Shown here one piece after another: positions 28,110-44,590 of a DNA stretch of 64,000 bases (its first letter is position 1; each line of letters begins with the position of its first letter). The notes beneath the pieces are model-generated. The model ran no database searches. It was not told the origin of the DNA and was given only the letters and a program-made list of their open reading frames with translations. The DNA is from Chrysomallon squamiferum (taxonomy: Eukaryota > Animalia > Mollusca). Position numbers and translations under genes: made by a program. The stretch covers positions 5,208,001-5,272,000 of the forward strand of contig CM022674.1 in NCBI GenBank assembly GCA_012295275.1. Direction: 5' to 3'.

Positions 28110-28196
28110 ATGAAAGTTGTGATAGTCGTAGTTTTCATTTTGTCTCTGACAGCTGTTCAAGCAGATCGATGGTCTTGTGAAGATGGAGGAAACTAC
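28110..28196 (+). CDS. Candidate signal-peptide exon of a small secreted peptide, antisense within the Gene B intron (MKVVIVVVFILSLTAVQA-DRWSCEDGGNY)
   Basis: A-rich context aacaaagATG; basic n-region, hydrophobic core and V-Q-A cleavage-like end; possible donor C|GTAATA at 28197. Unspliced, the ORF ends at 28244 (44 aa). Confidence 0.35.
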
Positions 28197-28418
28197 GTAA
28201 TAACATTTTATGTTTTATGCACATGGTTTATGATGGTGATATAGATTACAGATTATTTAAAACTTCCCGTATTATTCTTTGGGGTTTCTTTATTATTATT
28301 ATTATTGTTGTTGTTGTTGTTGTTTTGTTGTTGTTGTTGCTATTGTTATTGTTATTATTATTATTATTATTATAACTATTATTTTTATTATCATCTTTTT
28401 TTATTTATTTATATATAG

Positions 28419-28463
<45 letters not shown>

Positions 28464-28714
28464 ACTATTATTTTTATTATCATCTTTTTTATTTATTTAT
28501 GTATAGTTTTTTATTATTATTATCATTATTTGTTGCTGTTGCTGTTGCTGCTGCTGTTGTTGTTGTTGTTGTAATTCTTCATGCGTCTTACAACGGATCA
28601 AAATCCGAACTTGTTCCTAGATAGGATCATTAAAAGTGTTTTTATTTTTTACATATTTTTAATTTTTTTTCATTTTAATTTTTTTTAACTTTAATATTTT
28701 GAACATAAACAAAA

Positions 28715-28777
28715 ATGAAAGTTGTGAAGGTCGTAGTCTCCATTTTCTCTCTGACAGCTGTTCAAGCAGATCGATAA
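28715..28777 (+). pseudogene. Decayed duplicate of the 28110 signal-peptide-like segment (MKVVKVVVSIFSLTAVQADR*)
   Basis: Part of a ~200 bp diverged duplication (about 27960-28170 vs 28575-28775); Lys in the hydrophobic core and TAA right after DR. Confidence 0.3.
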
Positions 28778-28992
28778 TCTAGAAAATATTGTTATTACAC
28801 ATATTTTCTGAACTTGTATTCTGTCTTTTTTTTGTTTTTTTCCCCATTGGTTTCTTAGTCTGTTTTCCTTTGTATTCATCCTATTTTCTTTCCATTCATT
28901 CGCCCTTGTGCCCTTTACATTTAATTCTTATTAAGAAGATTTAGTTGGTTTTTTTTCATATTTTGTTCTTGGATAATAAACGCATAACATTG

Positions 28993-29081
28993 TCGTTGAA
29001 AGCTATTAATAGCTGCATTGAATACAGCCTGAAGTAATTTTGCTTGACATTGTACATACATCATCTCACTATAAGATCAAA

Positions 29082-29090
<9 letters not shown>
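28993..29090 (+). repeat. Dispersed duplicate of 32488-32585
   Basis: Both copies read tcgttgaaagctattaatagctgcat...tacatacatcatctc...ataagatcaaataaataa and are followed by (TAAA)n-like tracts. Confidence 0.85.
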
Positions 29091-29152
<62 letters not shown>

Positions 29153-29186
29153 AGTAATAAAGTAATAAAGTAATAAAGTAATAAAA

Positions 29187-29217
<31 letters not shown>

Positions 29218-30324
29218 AAAGAAAAAAAAAAAAAAAAAAAAAAAAAAGAAAAGAAAACCATATGGCATTGCTGCGTAAATAATGAAGGCTATTAATTACA
29301 GTTATTACTCAATACGAAGTTTCTGTTGCTGTAAAACTTCTAAAAAAATTATTTTTAACTGAAAGAAATAAATTACGACAGAAATAACAGATTTACGTTC
29401 AACTAAATTACGTTTAAATTTACGATCGTTTACAAAACTCAGCCCATCAATCCCCCCCCATATAAAAAAAAAATCAACAGCAATGAAGTTATGTTTAAAA
29501 TTTACGACTGTCTTCAAAATTAAAACAACACACATCAACTTACATCCATCCATCTGAGCTCACTCTCAAATTTACGATCGATTTCGAGAATTACGTGTTA
29601 CTTGATCGTAAATCTAAATCTGCGACAGACATTAAGTGCGGGTCATAATCGTAAATTTACACTCAGTTTGTCAGAATGAGTCTTGATATGTCCCTTTAGA
29701 CTCTGGATAGGGAACAATCAATCTGGACCTGTATGACACGAAATCATCGTGGAAATAAAAATCGGAATCAGTGTCGCTAAAAGGTGATTACGATGAATAG
29801 AATCAAATAGATTTTGTTTAGTTTAACGTCTCCGGCAGAAATAATGATTAATTTTCCACAATCAGCTGTTGTAGGTCAAAGATCTGTCTAATCACACTAC
29901 AAGAGCACACTGATTTATTTTCAGTAAAGATAAAAAAAAAAAAGAGAGAAAATTTTAAAATTTGAATACGAAACAGCTGATCATATATATATAATATATA
30001 TATTTAAAGAATTAACAAAAAATCCTATACATACACACTGTAAAAAGACAAGAAAGTGTGTACCACAGCTTATAAACTAGGAAAATAATAGCAACACAAA
30101 AACAAAAACAAAAACAACATACGTGAGCACTTTCTGGAACGTGAAATGATACAGATTATTTATGCCTATTATACCTTTCATGCATGTTACAGTACGTCTA
30201 TCATTGTTTTGTTGTTTTGTTTTGTTTAAAGTAGAATAACATTTGTCTGGAACTTGAAATAATTAACATTTGTCTGGAACTTGAAAGTTAATTAAATTTT
30301 AATTATGCTTGTTATGAACGAAAC

Positions 30325-30480
30325 ATAATCGATGAAATCGTTATGTTAAGTATTGTGTAATAATCGACCAAATCTTCATGTTAAATATTGTGTAAATAAT
30401 CGATGAAATCGTTATGTTAAACACGGTGTATAATCGATGAAATCGTTTGCTAAATATTGTGTTAATAATCGATCAGATCG
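30325..30480. repeat. Minisatellite, 4-5 copies of a ~35 bp unit (taatcgatgaaatcgttatgttaaatattgtg)
   Basis: Tandem units visible. Confidence 0.85.
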
Positions 30481-31742
30481 CTTTCCGGGTAATAAATATA
30501 GTTCTGCACAGAGACCCACCCGTATCACGCATAAAGCTACAACTCTAACCGCAAGACCACGACAGTACTTTCTGTGCGAAGCAAAAGTACAACAGCTGAG
30601 CTAAGTGGATCGGCATTTATTTTGCATTAATGTCTCGGGAAGCGATTATAACAATTCACCCGGATGTCACTGATAATAACGTTTAATCTTTTGTATGAAG
30701 CATTAGCCGCAATCAACACGAAAAAGTGTCACCGGAAAAACGTATCAAAGCGAAGCATGATGGGATACGACAACAAAGCATAACGGAATAAGAAAGGAAG
30801 GAGCGTAAACTCTGAAGCGAGTGATGATTTTTGATATTTAATTCCGTGAACATGTTTGTTTGTTTGTTTGTTTGTTTGTTTGTTTATTTTTGTTTACTTT
30901 GTTGTTTTGTTTTATCTGCGTATGTACGTTTGTATATTTTGTATATACGTGCGTTTTTGTGAATTGGGTCTCTCGTCTTTATCTACGTTTTTGTCTGTCT
31001 GACTGTCTCTCTGTCTGTTTGTCTGTCTATGCTTCATCGGCTATGTATGAATGTCCCAATTCACGTATTGTACAATCTTGTACAATATTGTACAAAACTA
31101 CATAAATAAATAAATAAAAATACAGATAAAAATCTGTAGTTGACATTTCAGATGTTACAATTAGAGATTAGCGAAAAAGCAAAAAAAAATAAAAATAAAA
31201 ACAAAAATAAGAAAGAAAGATCATTTGTTTTAGTAGTTTGATTACAAAGTAAAAAGTATAGAAAAAAAAGGCATAGATATAAAATAAACCCAAAATATGC
31301 GCCACTTATTTATTTACTGTTTACTGTTACATAATCAGTGACGCCAGAAATTTACTTAAATGTGAAACAATCATTACGCAGAAAAACAAAATCATGAAAC
31401 TTCTCTATAAAATTTACGATTAACGTAAATGATAAAATTTACATTTACGATAAACGTAAATGAGAGAATTATAAAATTTCTATGAACGTAAATGATAACA
31501 TATTGCTTTATGAAAGCGACCAAGGAGAAAGTTAATGAACAGTTCTGTTTCACAGAGCGTTAGAGAAAAACATTTAAGATAAGAATACGAGTTGAAGATA
31601 ATGGGAGAGATAAAACCGGTGCAAGCAAGTTCTTTTTGTTTCATCTAATTAGTAGTTTACGTGTATATCTACGTTTACACAAACAGTGTTCAGATCTTGT
31701 GAAAGTTAACAGATGTTTATGAGTCGAAAAATGCCTTTGTGT

Positions 31743-32048
<306 letters not shown>

Positions 32049-32214
32049 TTTATTTCTCTTTCTTTTCTTATCCATGCCATTCCCTCGGATTATTTCACTT
32101 TTTGGTTATTCTTCTGTAATTCTTTCTTTCCTTTATTATTTATTTCTCTTCTGTTTCTTTTTTTCTCCCTCAGTCTTTGTCTTCTTTCCTTTCCCTCTCT
32201 CTTTTACACTTCTA

Positions 32215-32273
<59 letters not shown>

Positions 32274-33608
32274 TCTTTCTCACTCTATCTGCCTATCTTT
32301 CTATCATCGAACTTTCTTTATCTCACTCCCTCTATTTGTCTCTCTGCCTTTGCCTCTTTCAAACAGTCAGACGTTTACTAAATGACGGACACACAGACAT
32401 ACAGACAAATTCATAAATACTAACTTTCCCTTGACCGACATCTTACAGCAATAACAAATATTAAGAAATCTTGTTCTTTCTTGTTAGTCGTTGAAAGCTA
32501 TTAATAGCTGCATCGAGTACAGTCTGAAGTATTTCTGCCTGTCACAGTACATACATCATCTCGATATAAGATCAAATAAATAAATAAATGAATGAATACA
32601 TGAAGTAATAAAATAAATACATAAATAAATACATGAAGTAATAAAATAATAAATAAACAAATGAATAAATAAGTAAATGAAGTAATAATATAAATAAATA
32701 AATACATGAAGTAATAAAATAAATGAATAAATACGTAAATAAATAAATGAATAAATGAAGTAATAACATTAAAAAATTAATAAAATAACACACACAACAA
32801 AAAAAAAAAAATAAATGAAGTAATAACATTAATAAATAACTAAATAAACACACACAAATAAATAAATAAATAAATACAGCAAAATAAATTCAAAAACAAA
32901 ACAAATATTAAGAAATCTTTTTATATTTTTTATTTATTTATTTATTTATTTATAATATTTATTTATTTAATATCTAAAACAAGCAAAAGCACTCACACAA
33001 ACAACAACTGGCAGACTCACAAATGTTATCCCGATAAAAGCAAACGAACACGATCATTAAGACAATTGCAGGTTAGCAAACCAAACGAACCAAATCATCG
33101 ACCAAAATCCACAACAATTACTCCAAAAAATGCATTTATTAATGCTACGGTATGGATATTAATTGCACGACGACAGACACGCTGATGACATGTTCGTTTC
33201 TATCGACAGCGTTCTGTTGCAACGTCGAAGCTAACGAAATTAATAGCTTTTGTCGAACCGTTCGGACGACTTCGTTCAAACTGCAGTCCTTCGGGATAAG
33301 GCAAGCACTTGACCAAAGGTCGTGTGGTATTGACCAGCGTGGCGAATAAAATACCTCTTATTATATTAACATTTACCTAATGAACGTTAACCGTGCAGCA
33401 TTGTTCTTAATCGCTACGTAAATGTTGATTTTTTTTTTTTTTCCGCTGATCGTATTCGACGTAAGTACGCGAGTAACTTGAGCAACAGTTTGGTTGAAGA
33501 GAAAAAAAAAATGTATAAAAAAACAAAAAGAAAAGAAAGGGATGAGAGACAGATAAACAGACAGACATTAATACATATATGCATACATACATACATATAC
33601 ATACATTG

Positions 33609-33651
<43 letters not shown>

Positions 33652-33668
33652 TATACATATACTGAAAA

Positions 33669-33768
<100 letters not shown>

Positions 33769-36013
33769 AGAGATATACAGACAAATATAAGTCTGTTTTT
33801 GATTGTATATAGATATAGATATAGTATATAGTAGACAGACAAATAGATAGAGATAAACAGATAGAGAAAGGGAGAGATTGTTTATGATAGTGGAATGAGA
33901 GACAGACATATGAATAAGAGTAACAGATAATTTCTGAAAAATTGGATATAAAAAAAAGATAAATGGAAACAAAACAACCTAAAACGATAAAAGAGAAAGA
34001 AATAAAGATACGCACAAACTCGTCCATCAATTGATAAAATGATAAACTGTACGTTAACTTTACCGGTTATTACATCTGAACTCCCAGTAACCTTTTATCA
34101 TCAGTCAGATCAGCAGTAAGACTTCACCGTATCTATCAATATATATCACATTTCCCTATTATTATCGTTTTCTTGTTCTTATTCTTCTTTTCTTTCTTCG
34201 TTATATACGACATGACGTCATACCACGGTAGAAATAGACTGAAATAGCTGAGCTTTCTTGAACTTGTTATCTATTTATCATTTCTTTATTATTAGTAAAG
34301 TTTTGCCTTCTGAAACAAATATATAATCACTATCTTTTATTAAAAATATACCAAATGCGTTAAGGTAAAAAAAAATTTTCCCTACAAACATAGGTAACTC
34401 GTTATCTTTTTTTTTATTAGAGATAATAAGTACGGTTATGTGTTAAACTTTATAACCAAAAACAAAAACAGTCCCTAGGAATTGAAAATATCTGTAAAAT
34501 TATTTACACTGTTTATTTGCATCCATCCAGTAGGTACAATTATATTATAAAAGTAAAATAATCCGGAATATACCGATGTTTCCCGAACGCTGCGAGAAAG
34601 CGTGCTAGTCGGAAATACGACAGAACCGAACTCGGCGTCTAGAACGGATCGACCCGTCATTGAAAGCGAAAGATCTTACATGTAACGGAAATCAAACGGA
34701 AATGCAACGGTCGTTTTCCCATAGCGTCATTACAAGAAAAACAATAAAGCGGAATGAACCGAAATCGAACCGGACACAGTCGGCTGACCTCGTTTTAATG
34801 AACTTTTTTTTTTTTTTTTTTTTTGTCAAATCGTTTACCGGAAATAACAGCAGTGGCGGCAGTGTTTAAAAGATTGATAAAGAAGTGTTGAAAATATCCA
34901 AGTTTTCTTTGATTTACGTGTTGCCTGCAGCGATACAAATTAAACAAAAATATTAGTTAAAGTCGTCCAGGCGGACGTTGCGTTAACATAACAGCCGTTA
35001 CCAAGGTTACGCTAATTTGACTATAATTTAGAAATGTAACATTTTTTGTTTGGTTCCCTCTTTGTTCTTTTTTATTTTCTTTTTTCTTTATTATGTTTTT
35101 TTTTTTTTTTTTTTGCTTTTCTCTTCTTCTACTTTGTTTTTCTTTAATTTTTTTTTTTTTTTTTTTTTCGTTCTGTTTTTTTTTTTTGTTGTTGTTGTTT
35201 TACGAATCAAATAATTATAAAGATAATAATGTTTTTAATGAGTTGTGTAAACTTATACTGTCGCAGTTTGTATTATATTCTATGACAAGTAGTAGTAGTA
35301 ATAGTAATAAGAGTGTTGATGAGATGATAATTATGATGATGATGATTATATTAGCAACAATGATAAAATAATAATAATAATAATAATAATAATAGTAATA
35401 ATAGCAACAGTTGTAGTAGTAGTTGTAGTAGACGTAATAGGAGTTGTAAAAGCAGTGATTGCCAATATTCTAATATTTCACGCTCATCAGTAACAATAGT
35501 TATTGTAGTAGTAGTAGTAGTAGTAGCAGACATAGTAGTTGTTGTAGAAGCAGTGGTTGCCGATGTTCTAATAGAAGTTGTAGTAGCAGACGTAGAATTG
35601 GTTGTAGAAGCAACGTTCGCCTCTATCCTAATAATTCAGTCTCGTTAGAAAAAGCAGTAATAGTAGCAATAGTAGTATTAGAGGTAGTAGTAGTTGCCGA
35701 TGTTCTAATAGTTCACTGTAGTTAGTAAAATATTTTTCACCTTCAGAGGTCAGCTCGTTCAGAAACATATATTTACACAGCTCGATAATGAATAAATCTA
35801 AAAGCCTTACACGATATCTGACACAGATATTCCATTAGTTTATTAGTCTATTATTTCCAAGAAACTGACAAAACAATATTATTAGAGATAAGGATAATTT
35901 CTATCTGGACGCCTTTGTGGAAAATATGTCAGAGAATTACTTGATTGCAGTAGACAGAGTTAAATGAGAACGATAAGAGAACGGTATCGATGTACTGGTA
36001 TACAGAGAGAGGC

Positions 36014-36214
<201 letters not shown>

Positions 36215-36310
36215 GGCATTATAAAGTTGTTTATTGTATATAATTATTTTCTAGGTTATTTCTGGAGTTTCTTTCTTTCTTTCCCCTATTTCGAAAATTC
36301 AAACTCAAAC

Positions 36311-36442
<132 letters not shown>

Positions 36443-36679
36443 GTTTGTGTGTGTGTGTGTGCGTGTGTGTGTTCATGTGTGCGTTTGTTTTGAATGTCTC
36501 TGTATGGTGGTAGATAAACAGTCATATGGACAAGAAAGAAAGATAACAGCAAACAGACAGAAGGAGACAGAAACACAGAAACAGACATAAACAGGGAACA
36601 CAGAAAAACTGAGAGAAAGAATGAAAGCAAGACAGTTGAAAAAGAGGGAAAGAGAGTCTGAGATTTCCGAAATAGGGGC

Positions 36680-36711
<32 letters not shown>

Positions 36712-37014
36712 AAAGAAACACCACAAAAATACCACACAGAAAAATAATGATATAGTCTACACAACTTCATAATGCCAATAGTTAGTAATGTAGCAGATGA
36801 TTAAAGAGACAACGAGAAAGAATCACACACACAGAATGAGGATGTAATGATAAACAAACAGAGTCAGGTTTGACGCGGAATAAGAGACGGGTATCGGTGT
36901 AACGGTAGATTTACTTTGTAAGCACGCCACAACAGTAATGTTTTAATTACACGTCACTTTGATATTTGCAACACGGTTTCCAAGACATACAGCACATGGC
37001 GATCGTAATTCCAA

Positions 37015-37053
<39 letters not shown>

Positions 37054-37237
37054 AAGTTACTGTGGCCACGTTTGTTGCTAAAAAGTGTTTGTTATTAGCG
37101 TATGTTTTTTTTTAAACGCATTATGAAAACCATAAAATGAAGAACTATGAAAAAAAATAAAATTAACAGGGCTACGTTTTTGCTAAACAGTTCTTATAAG
37201 AAAGGTGTGTACGTGCCAGATTATTTGAAAAAAAAAT

Positions 37238-37299
<62 letters not shown>

Positions 37300-37388
37300 A
37301 CACACACTTTTATAAAAACGGTAAAATGAAGAGCAATGAAAAAGAACGAAATAATATCCGAGGCCACATTTGTTACTAACGAGTCCTC

Positions 37389-37487
<99 letters not shown>

Positions 37488-37515
37488 CGATATAGAAAGA
37501 TCGATAGACATAAAT

Positions 37516-37610
<95 letters not shown>

Positions 37611-39031
37611 AGAGAAAACAGAGAAAGGGACAGAGAGAAAGCGATCGAGAAAGACAGAGAAAACGAAACGGAGAGAGACCGACAGACACAGACACAGACA
37701 GAGAGAGAAGAAAAAGATGATAAGAGTTTGAATTATTCACGCTGGCACGGAGACACAGGGGGTCCTCAAAAATGATCAACAACTAAACAACACTAATTAA
37801 ATCAACCTACGTCTTGCACGAATATCTGAGCAACATTTTCGCAGATGAGAAAACTCCGATAACGAGGTTAGATACAAAGAGAACACGGCCCGGTGTCGCG
37901 CTGTGCCTTTCAATTCAGTTCCAGCACCAAGGGAAGGGTCAGGACCCCAGACCATGTTAATTTTCAGACCTTCCCCATTTCCACCGACGTGACGAATTTC
38001 GCTCGGGTCAAAGGTCGCCTGATCTATTAGCGGGCCTCGGCGTGTTTGTCAAGCGCTTTACGTCCTCCTCGCAGAACGAATGTTTCATTTAAACAAGTGT
38101 TCTGGGAATTCAGCAATCAAGGCAGGCACAGCAAGCCAACAGCAAGCTGCCGACGATACTGCGGCATAATCGTGTTTTTGTCGTTAAACTATTAATCATC
38201 AAAAAGTCCGTGTCAGACGCGTAAAAATATTTTTTTCGGGGATGTTCGGTATCTTTCGGCAGTTGTCGTCAAGTATTCGATAACGTTCGGGAATTTCCGG
38301 CTTTTGTATGGTTATATATTTTTCTTTTGATAATTTTTTTCTTCTTCCTGGTCGTCATCTACATACTTTGCCACTACCGCAACTACAACTTCATGCCAGT
38401 CTGAACGTTATTATATGCGTCTGCTTACATGTCTGTGTCTGTGTCTATATTTAGTAACGAATAAAACTGAATGAATATATCGCGTCCTACGAACCACGCT
38501 GTTCTTTATCTTTTATCGCGCATGTTTGGCGCGCATTTATTTTTTTGGGGTGAACATGGCAGTGGCAGGTATATATTTAGGAATAAATATTCTCTGACTT
38601 ATGTACGTCTGATTAGACTCTGCACACAGACAATGTTCGGGAACGCACTGGCGCAGGAGGAGAAAGTCCACTCACGATGTCATAAACCCGTCAGATGTCG
38701 CTGACGAGACTCGAACGTATGACACTCCAGAACGAGACTACTGCATGCATGTATATGTGTGTTTGTATATGTATTTATATATGTATGTATGTGTGTGTGT
38801 GTATGTATGCATCCATGCATGTATATTTGTATGTATGTATGTACGTATGTGTCTATGTATGTATATGTAACATGTGTTTATGCATGTATGTATTTATATA
38901 TGTTTGTGTGTACGTATGTATGTAGTATGTATGTATATATGTATGTATGTATGTATGTATGCATGTATGTATGTATGTATGTATGTATGTATGTATGTAT
39001 GTATGTATGTATACGTATGTACATACCTATG

Positions 39032-39070
<39 letters not shown>

Positions 39071-39455
39071 ACGTACGTACGTATGTATGTATGTATGTAT
39101 ACGTGTTTGCATGTATTCTTGCATATTTATTATTAATACGTATGTACCTATGCGTGCATTACACTAATCACAGCTAAAACGACAAACAAATAAATAACTC
39201 ACAGGCAATAACGTCAAGCCATAACTGTCCGTGGACCATCCAAAACGATAAATATTCAACTGCTGGTGAAAATTGTTTATTGATCCGGAGACGTATCTTT
39301 TACACAGGGACATCCCTGCAGCGTGTCCTACCTGACGTAAATCACGTCTGATTGATGTTTATTGAAACAACGGTGAGAATGGACACACGAGCAAAATAGT
39401 CGTATGTGTTTTGGAAACGTGTAAATATACGTTCGTGTGCACAGTAGGATTGAGG

Positions 39456-39539
<84 letters not shown>

Positions 39540-39554
39540 CATACATACATACAT

Positions 39555-39599
<45 letters not shown>

Positions 39600-41004
39600 G
39601 AAAAGAGAGGCTTAGAACAAAAAAGAGAGAGAGAGAAATATAGACAGAGCAATACAGAGGGATAAATAAATAAGGATAGAGATATATCGACAGAGATAGA
39701 GATAGAGAAAGGTATGGAGCTAGATATAGAGATAGAAAGAGATATACAGAGAGAGGGAGAAAGGGGAAACAAAAAGATAGATGAAGGATGAGAGACGTTA
39801 AGGAGGTGAATACTCAAAGATTAATAATAATAATAAAATAACAACAACAACAGTAATACTACTAATAATAATTATAATAACGACAAAAGCAACAACAGCA
39901 ACAAGAGATAAATAAAAAATAAAATAAAAAACCCTCAAATAATTAAACTAATACTATCAGCAACAATAACAGCGATAATAACAGTAATGAAAAGAAAAAA
40001 ATCAGTCTTTACCGTAACGTTACTATGACATCATAAACATCATGACGTCATAATCGATTCATAACTATGACATGATGATCAAGTAAGTAATTATTATTAT
40101 TGCTGTTTTTATTATTATTGCTGCTGCTGCAGGTGTTGTTGTTGTTGTTGTTGTTGTTTTTGTTTCTATAATACTATTATGTTGTAGTTGTAGTTTTGTC
40201 AGCAATATTAATATAAAGAATCATAGTGTATATTTTTGCTGAGTAGTAGAGTTGTAGTATTAGTAGTAGTAGTAGTAACAGTAATAGCAATAGTAGTAAT
40301 AGATGTGGCAGTAGTAGTAGTAATAGTAGTAGTAGTAGTAGTAGTAATAGTAGTCATTGCAACTGTTTCTGGTATGGTTTTTGTATTGACAGCAGCAGAA
40401 TTAGTATTTTTTTTAAAATAGTTCAAAAGAACTAACTAACTAAAATTTCTCGGTTATCTCTAAATGAGCGCTATTTTTATTTTCAGCCGAGAGAAATAAA
40501 ACGCTAAACTGTTTCAAGGAAAAATCATTGAAAGAAAAATAAAAAGATAGAAGGAATGAAAAAAAAAAAAAAAAAATATATAAAAAAATTATCCTTGGGA
40601 TAACCTAGATTCCTTGGAGAATGTAATTACCCATAAACTGATAAAGTTTCAAATTTCCCGTTGCTATAAATTAAGAAATGCAGACACAGAAGCGGATGCG
40701 GGGGGAAGGGGATCATGTACGATGCTACCCTTCATATTTTTATCGCGTGTGTGTGTACATGCATGCATGCATGTGTGTGTTGTCTTGTGTTTGTGTATGA
40801 ATGGATGTTGTGGATGAATATATGTATGTATATATGTGTGTATGTATGTGTATGTATGTATGTATGTATGTATGTTTGTATGTTTGTATATATGTATGTA
40901 TGTATATATGTATGTATGTATGTGTATGTGTATGTTTGTATGTATGTATGTATGTATGTGTATGTGTATGTGTATGTTTGTATGTATGTATGTATGTAAG
41001 TTCA

Positions 41005-41129
<125 letters not shown>

Positions 41130-42944
41130 TTATATATACTTCCAGAAAACCAGACGTCTATGGTATACATCTACACAAACACTGTGTCAGATGCACGCAT
41201 ATGCATACAACCGTTGCTATAGACACACACACACACGCACAAGCACGCACACATCCTTTCACACCTAATCAGAAAACTACTCATTATACATCATCAACAA
41301 TAAACCATATTTATTTCAAAAATCAAACAAATGAAATCTAAACATCTATTAAAAATGAATAATTAAGTCGCATGCGCAGACTCATATATGCATACTAACA
41401 CACAAAACTGAAGGATAAACCAAACAAACATACCCACAGACGTATTACAGATGAAAAAAAATATATATTTTTGATAACGTAATAGAATTAAAAGAGAAAA
41501 TAATGAGAAAGACAAGCCTGTATCTATTATGAATTAATAAAACAGAACGATACAAATACACCCACGGGACTGCACAGTAACAGCCCTGACACACCCATAT
41601 GCCTATCACATTACACATCAAATATTTATAAACAACAATGACGACAACAATAAAACCCAAACAACTTCACTCCCCCCCAAAAAAACAAAAAAACAAACAA
41701 TAGACGGTATTAATAAAGAGGTATTAACATGAAAAAAATAAATAATAATAATAATAAAATTAAAAAAAAAATCTGTTAAATAATTTACAAACAGATCATA
41801 AAATCCAGTTCTGATTGTTGGCTTAACAAAAGAATAACAGTGAGGCGACATGCCTAATGACGTCATTAGCAAGAGTAATGTTCGTGAGCCGTAATTAAAA
41901 CCTAGAATACGTAACTTGAGTTTTAAATCATCGGCTTTCCAGCTAGATTACTCGGGATTACAGTCATTAGCACTGTCATAGGACGCAGGAAAAAAAAATA
42001 AAATAAAATAAAACGTAATAGATTTTGTTTTGTAGAATTTATTTATTTTCCATTTAATTAATTTAATTATTTGCTTGTTTGTTTATTTGTTTGTTTGCTT
42101 GTTTGTTTATTTTATTTATTACTACAAATACTTCTACTAGAACCATTAGTTATGCTGCTGTTGTTGATGCTTTATGATTTTATGGTTATTATTATTATTA
42201 ATATTATTATAATACTATTTTTTGTTGCTCTTGTTTATTTATTTACATATTTATTATTAGTATTAGTATTAGTATTAGAATTAGTATTAGTATTATTATT
42301 ATCATCAGCATCATCATCATCATAAACATAATCATTTACTAATGCAAACTTTAATTAATCCGTACTTAGAAACTCCAAATGCCAAATTTTTTTTTTTTAT
42401 CAATATACGTGTTTACATAGTTCAAAAATAATAAATGGCTTAAAGAATTTTACTTCCCCAAAACAAATTTAGTTTTGTTCTTTAAAGCGATACTTGTAAA
42501 TGCAACACAAATTACAAAGTAAGTATATAATCATAACCTACGTAATTACGTCACAGTTTGACATTTTCAAGGTACTTAACGTGACCTTTTGTTTTGTGAC
42601 GTACATGACAAATACATCTTTTTTTTTTCCGCGAATTTTTAACAGAACATCAAACGATTTCTCAGCTATTTGAGAAATAATGGATTTCATTTATTCTGGC
42701 TTTTGTCACACGTTAAATTGAATTTGTTTCAAACTGTGAATGTGCGGCTTTAAACTGTGACCTTTAGCCATTGGGTCTGAAGATTTGTAGGTTGCGATAG
42801 AGATGAACACGCTGATATAAACTCTCCAGTAGCACGTACAATATTAAGACAAAAGGTCAGAAAGGTAAGTTTACGTTGTTAATTAGATTGTACATGGTTA
42901 ATTATAGAAAATAAAATGCCATGAAAATAACGAAGAGGAAGATG

Positions 42945-42987
<43 letters not shown>

Positions 42988-43401
42988 GAGACACACACAC
43001 ACTCAAGACAAATGCATATATACATATATGGAAAGATATATACCTAACTACCTACCTACTTAAATGCATGCATACGTACGCGCACACACCCACAGACACA
43101 CACTCAGACACATAATATGATGATTACCCAGTTTCTAGATTTTTCGAATTTTGTACGAATGTCGTCTGCTCTCTTTCTAATTCTGAACTCGAACAGTTTT
43201 CGATTTCTTGTTTTTTTTCAGAATTAGCGTTTAGCATTTATTTTATTTTTTTATTTATTTATACGAAATAAATGCTAACAGCATGGCGATAATTAGTGAC
43301 CAAGCAAATTAATTTAATAATACAGCGCATAATCCAGTAACCGAATCTACCAGCTTTTGTATTTTGGTCTTCAGATTCAGTGAAGTGAGAAACTATAGTT
43401 A

Positions 43402-43543
<142 letters not shown>

Positions 43544-43776
43544 ACCTAAGGTCTAAATCTATAAAAATCGATTTTCAGTTGGGATATTTAAAAAATGTAA
43601 GAATAGATTAGGATAGATGTGTGTATCGTTGTATATAACACACACATATACAGTGAGAGAGAGAGAGACAGAGAGACACAATGGAGACAGAGAGAGTGAG
43701 ACAGAAAGAGACAGAGAGACAGAGAGAGTGAGAGAGACAGAGAAAGACAGAGTGAGAGACAGAGAGACAGACAGAC

Positions 43777-43855
<79 letters not shown>

Positions 43856-44551
43856 GAGAGAGACAGAGTGAGAGAAACTCATAAAACACAGATGGACAGA
43901 CATAGAAAGAGAGAAATGGGTGTATCTGAATGTTTTATTAAATTAAACTATAAAAGTGGAACATACAATCTACAAACGGAAGTCACCTAACATCCCATTA
44001 ACAACCATTATCTTCTGCAATAACGACAGTGACAGCATTTCCTTTTTGTTATTAGTGTATTCGTGTGGGGTTTTTTTTGTGGTTTTTTTTTTTTTGTTGT
44101 TGTTGAATAATATGTCGTCAGATTGTTCACGGAACATTAACAGAACAATGCCGCAGTGCTAACGATGCGCAACGACGACAGCATGAATGTACGCTATCGA
44201 TCGAACGCCCCGTAGAATATTAACGACAACAGCGTTTTTTTGCAAACTGTTGTATTTTCAATTGTCGAGCATTGATTTGTTAAAACCCGAACGCCATTGT
44301 TTTGGGATAAAAGGATTTCTGTTTTCAAGTACGGCTCAGAACTTGGCTTGTCAGTAATAAGAATTTAAAGAGGGCTAGCTCGCTCGAGGCTTCAATTCAC
44401 CCCACTGCGACAATTAGTTTATTTTCCCGTTCCAGCGCTTACCCTCCCCCAGGGCTGATTTTTGTGAAAGGCCATGTTTTACTCGTTGCTGTTTATGAGA
44501 AGGTGTTTATATATATATAAAAAAATCTTTTTAAGCTTATAAAAATTATAA

Positions 44552-44590
<39 letters not shown>

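Noticed and set aside
44443-44454. In-frame 12-nt microexon candidate for Gene B (CCCTGGGGGAGG|GTAAGC)
   Set aside because: Good donor but an A-rich acceptor with no pyrimidine tract; not supportable without reads.
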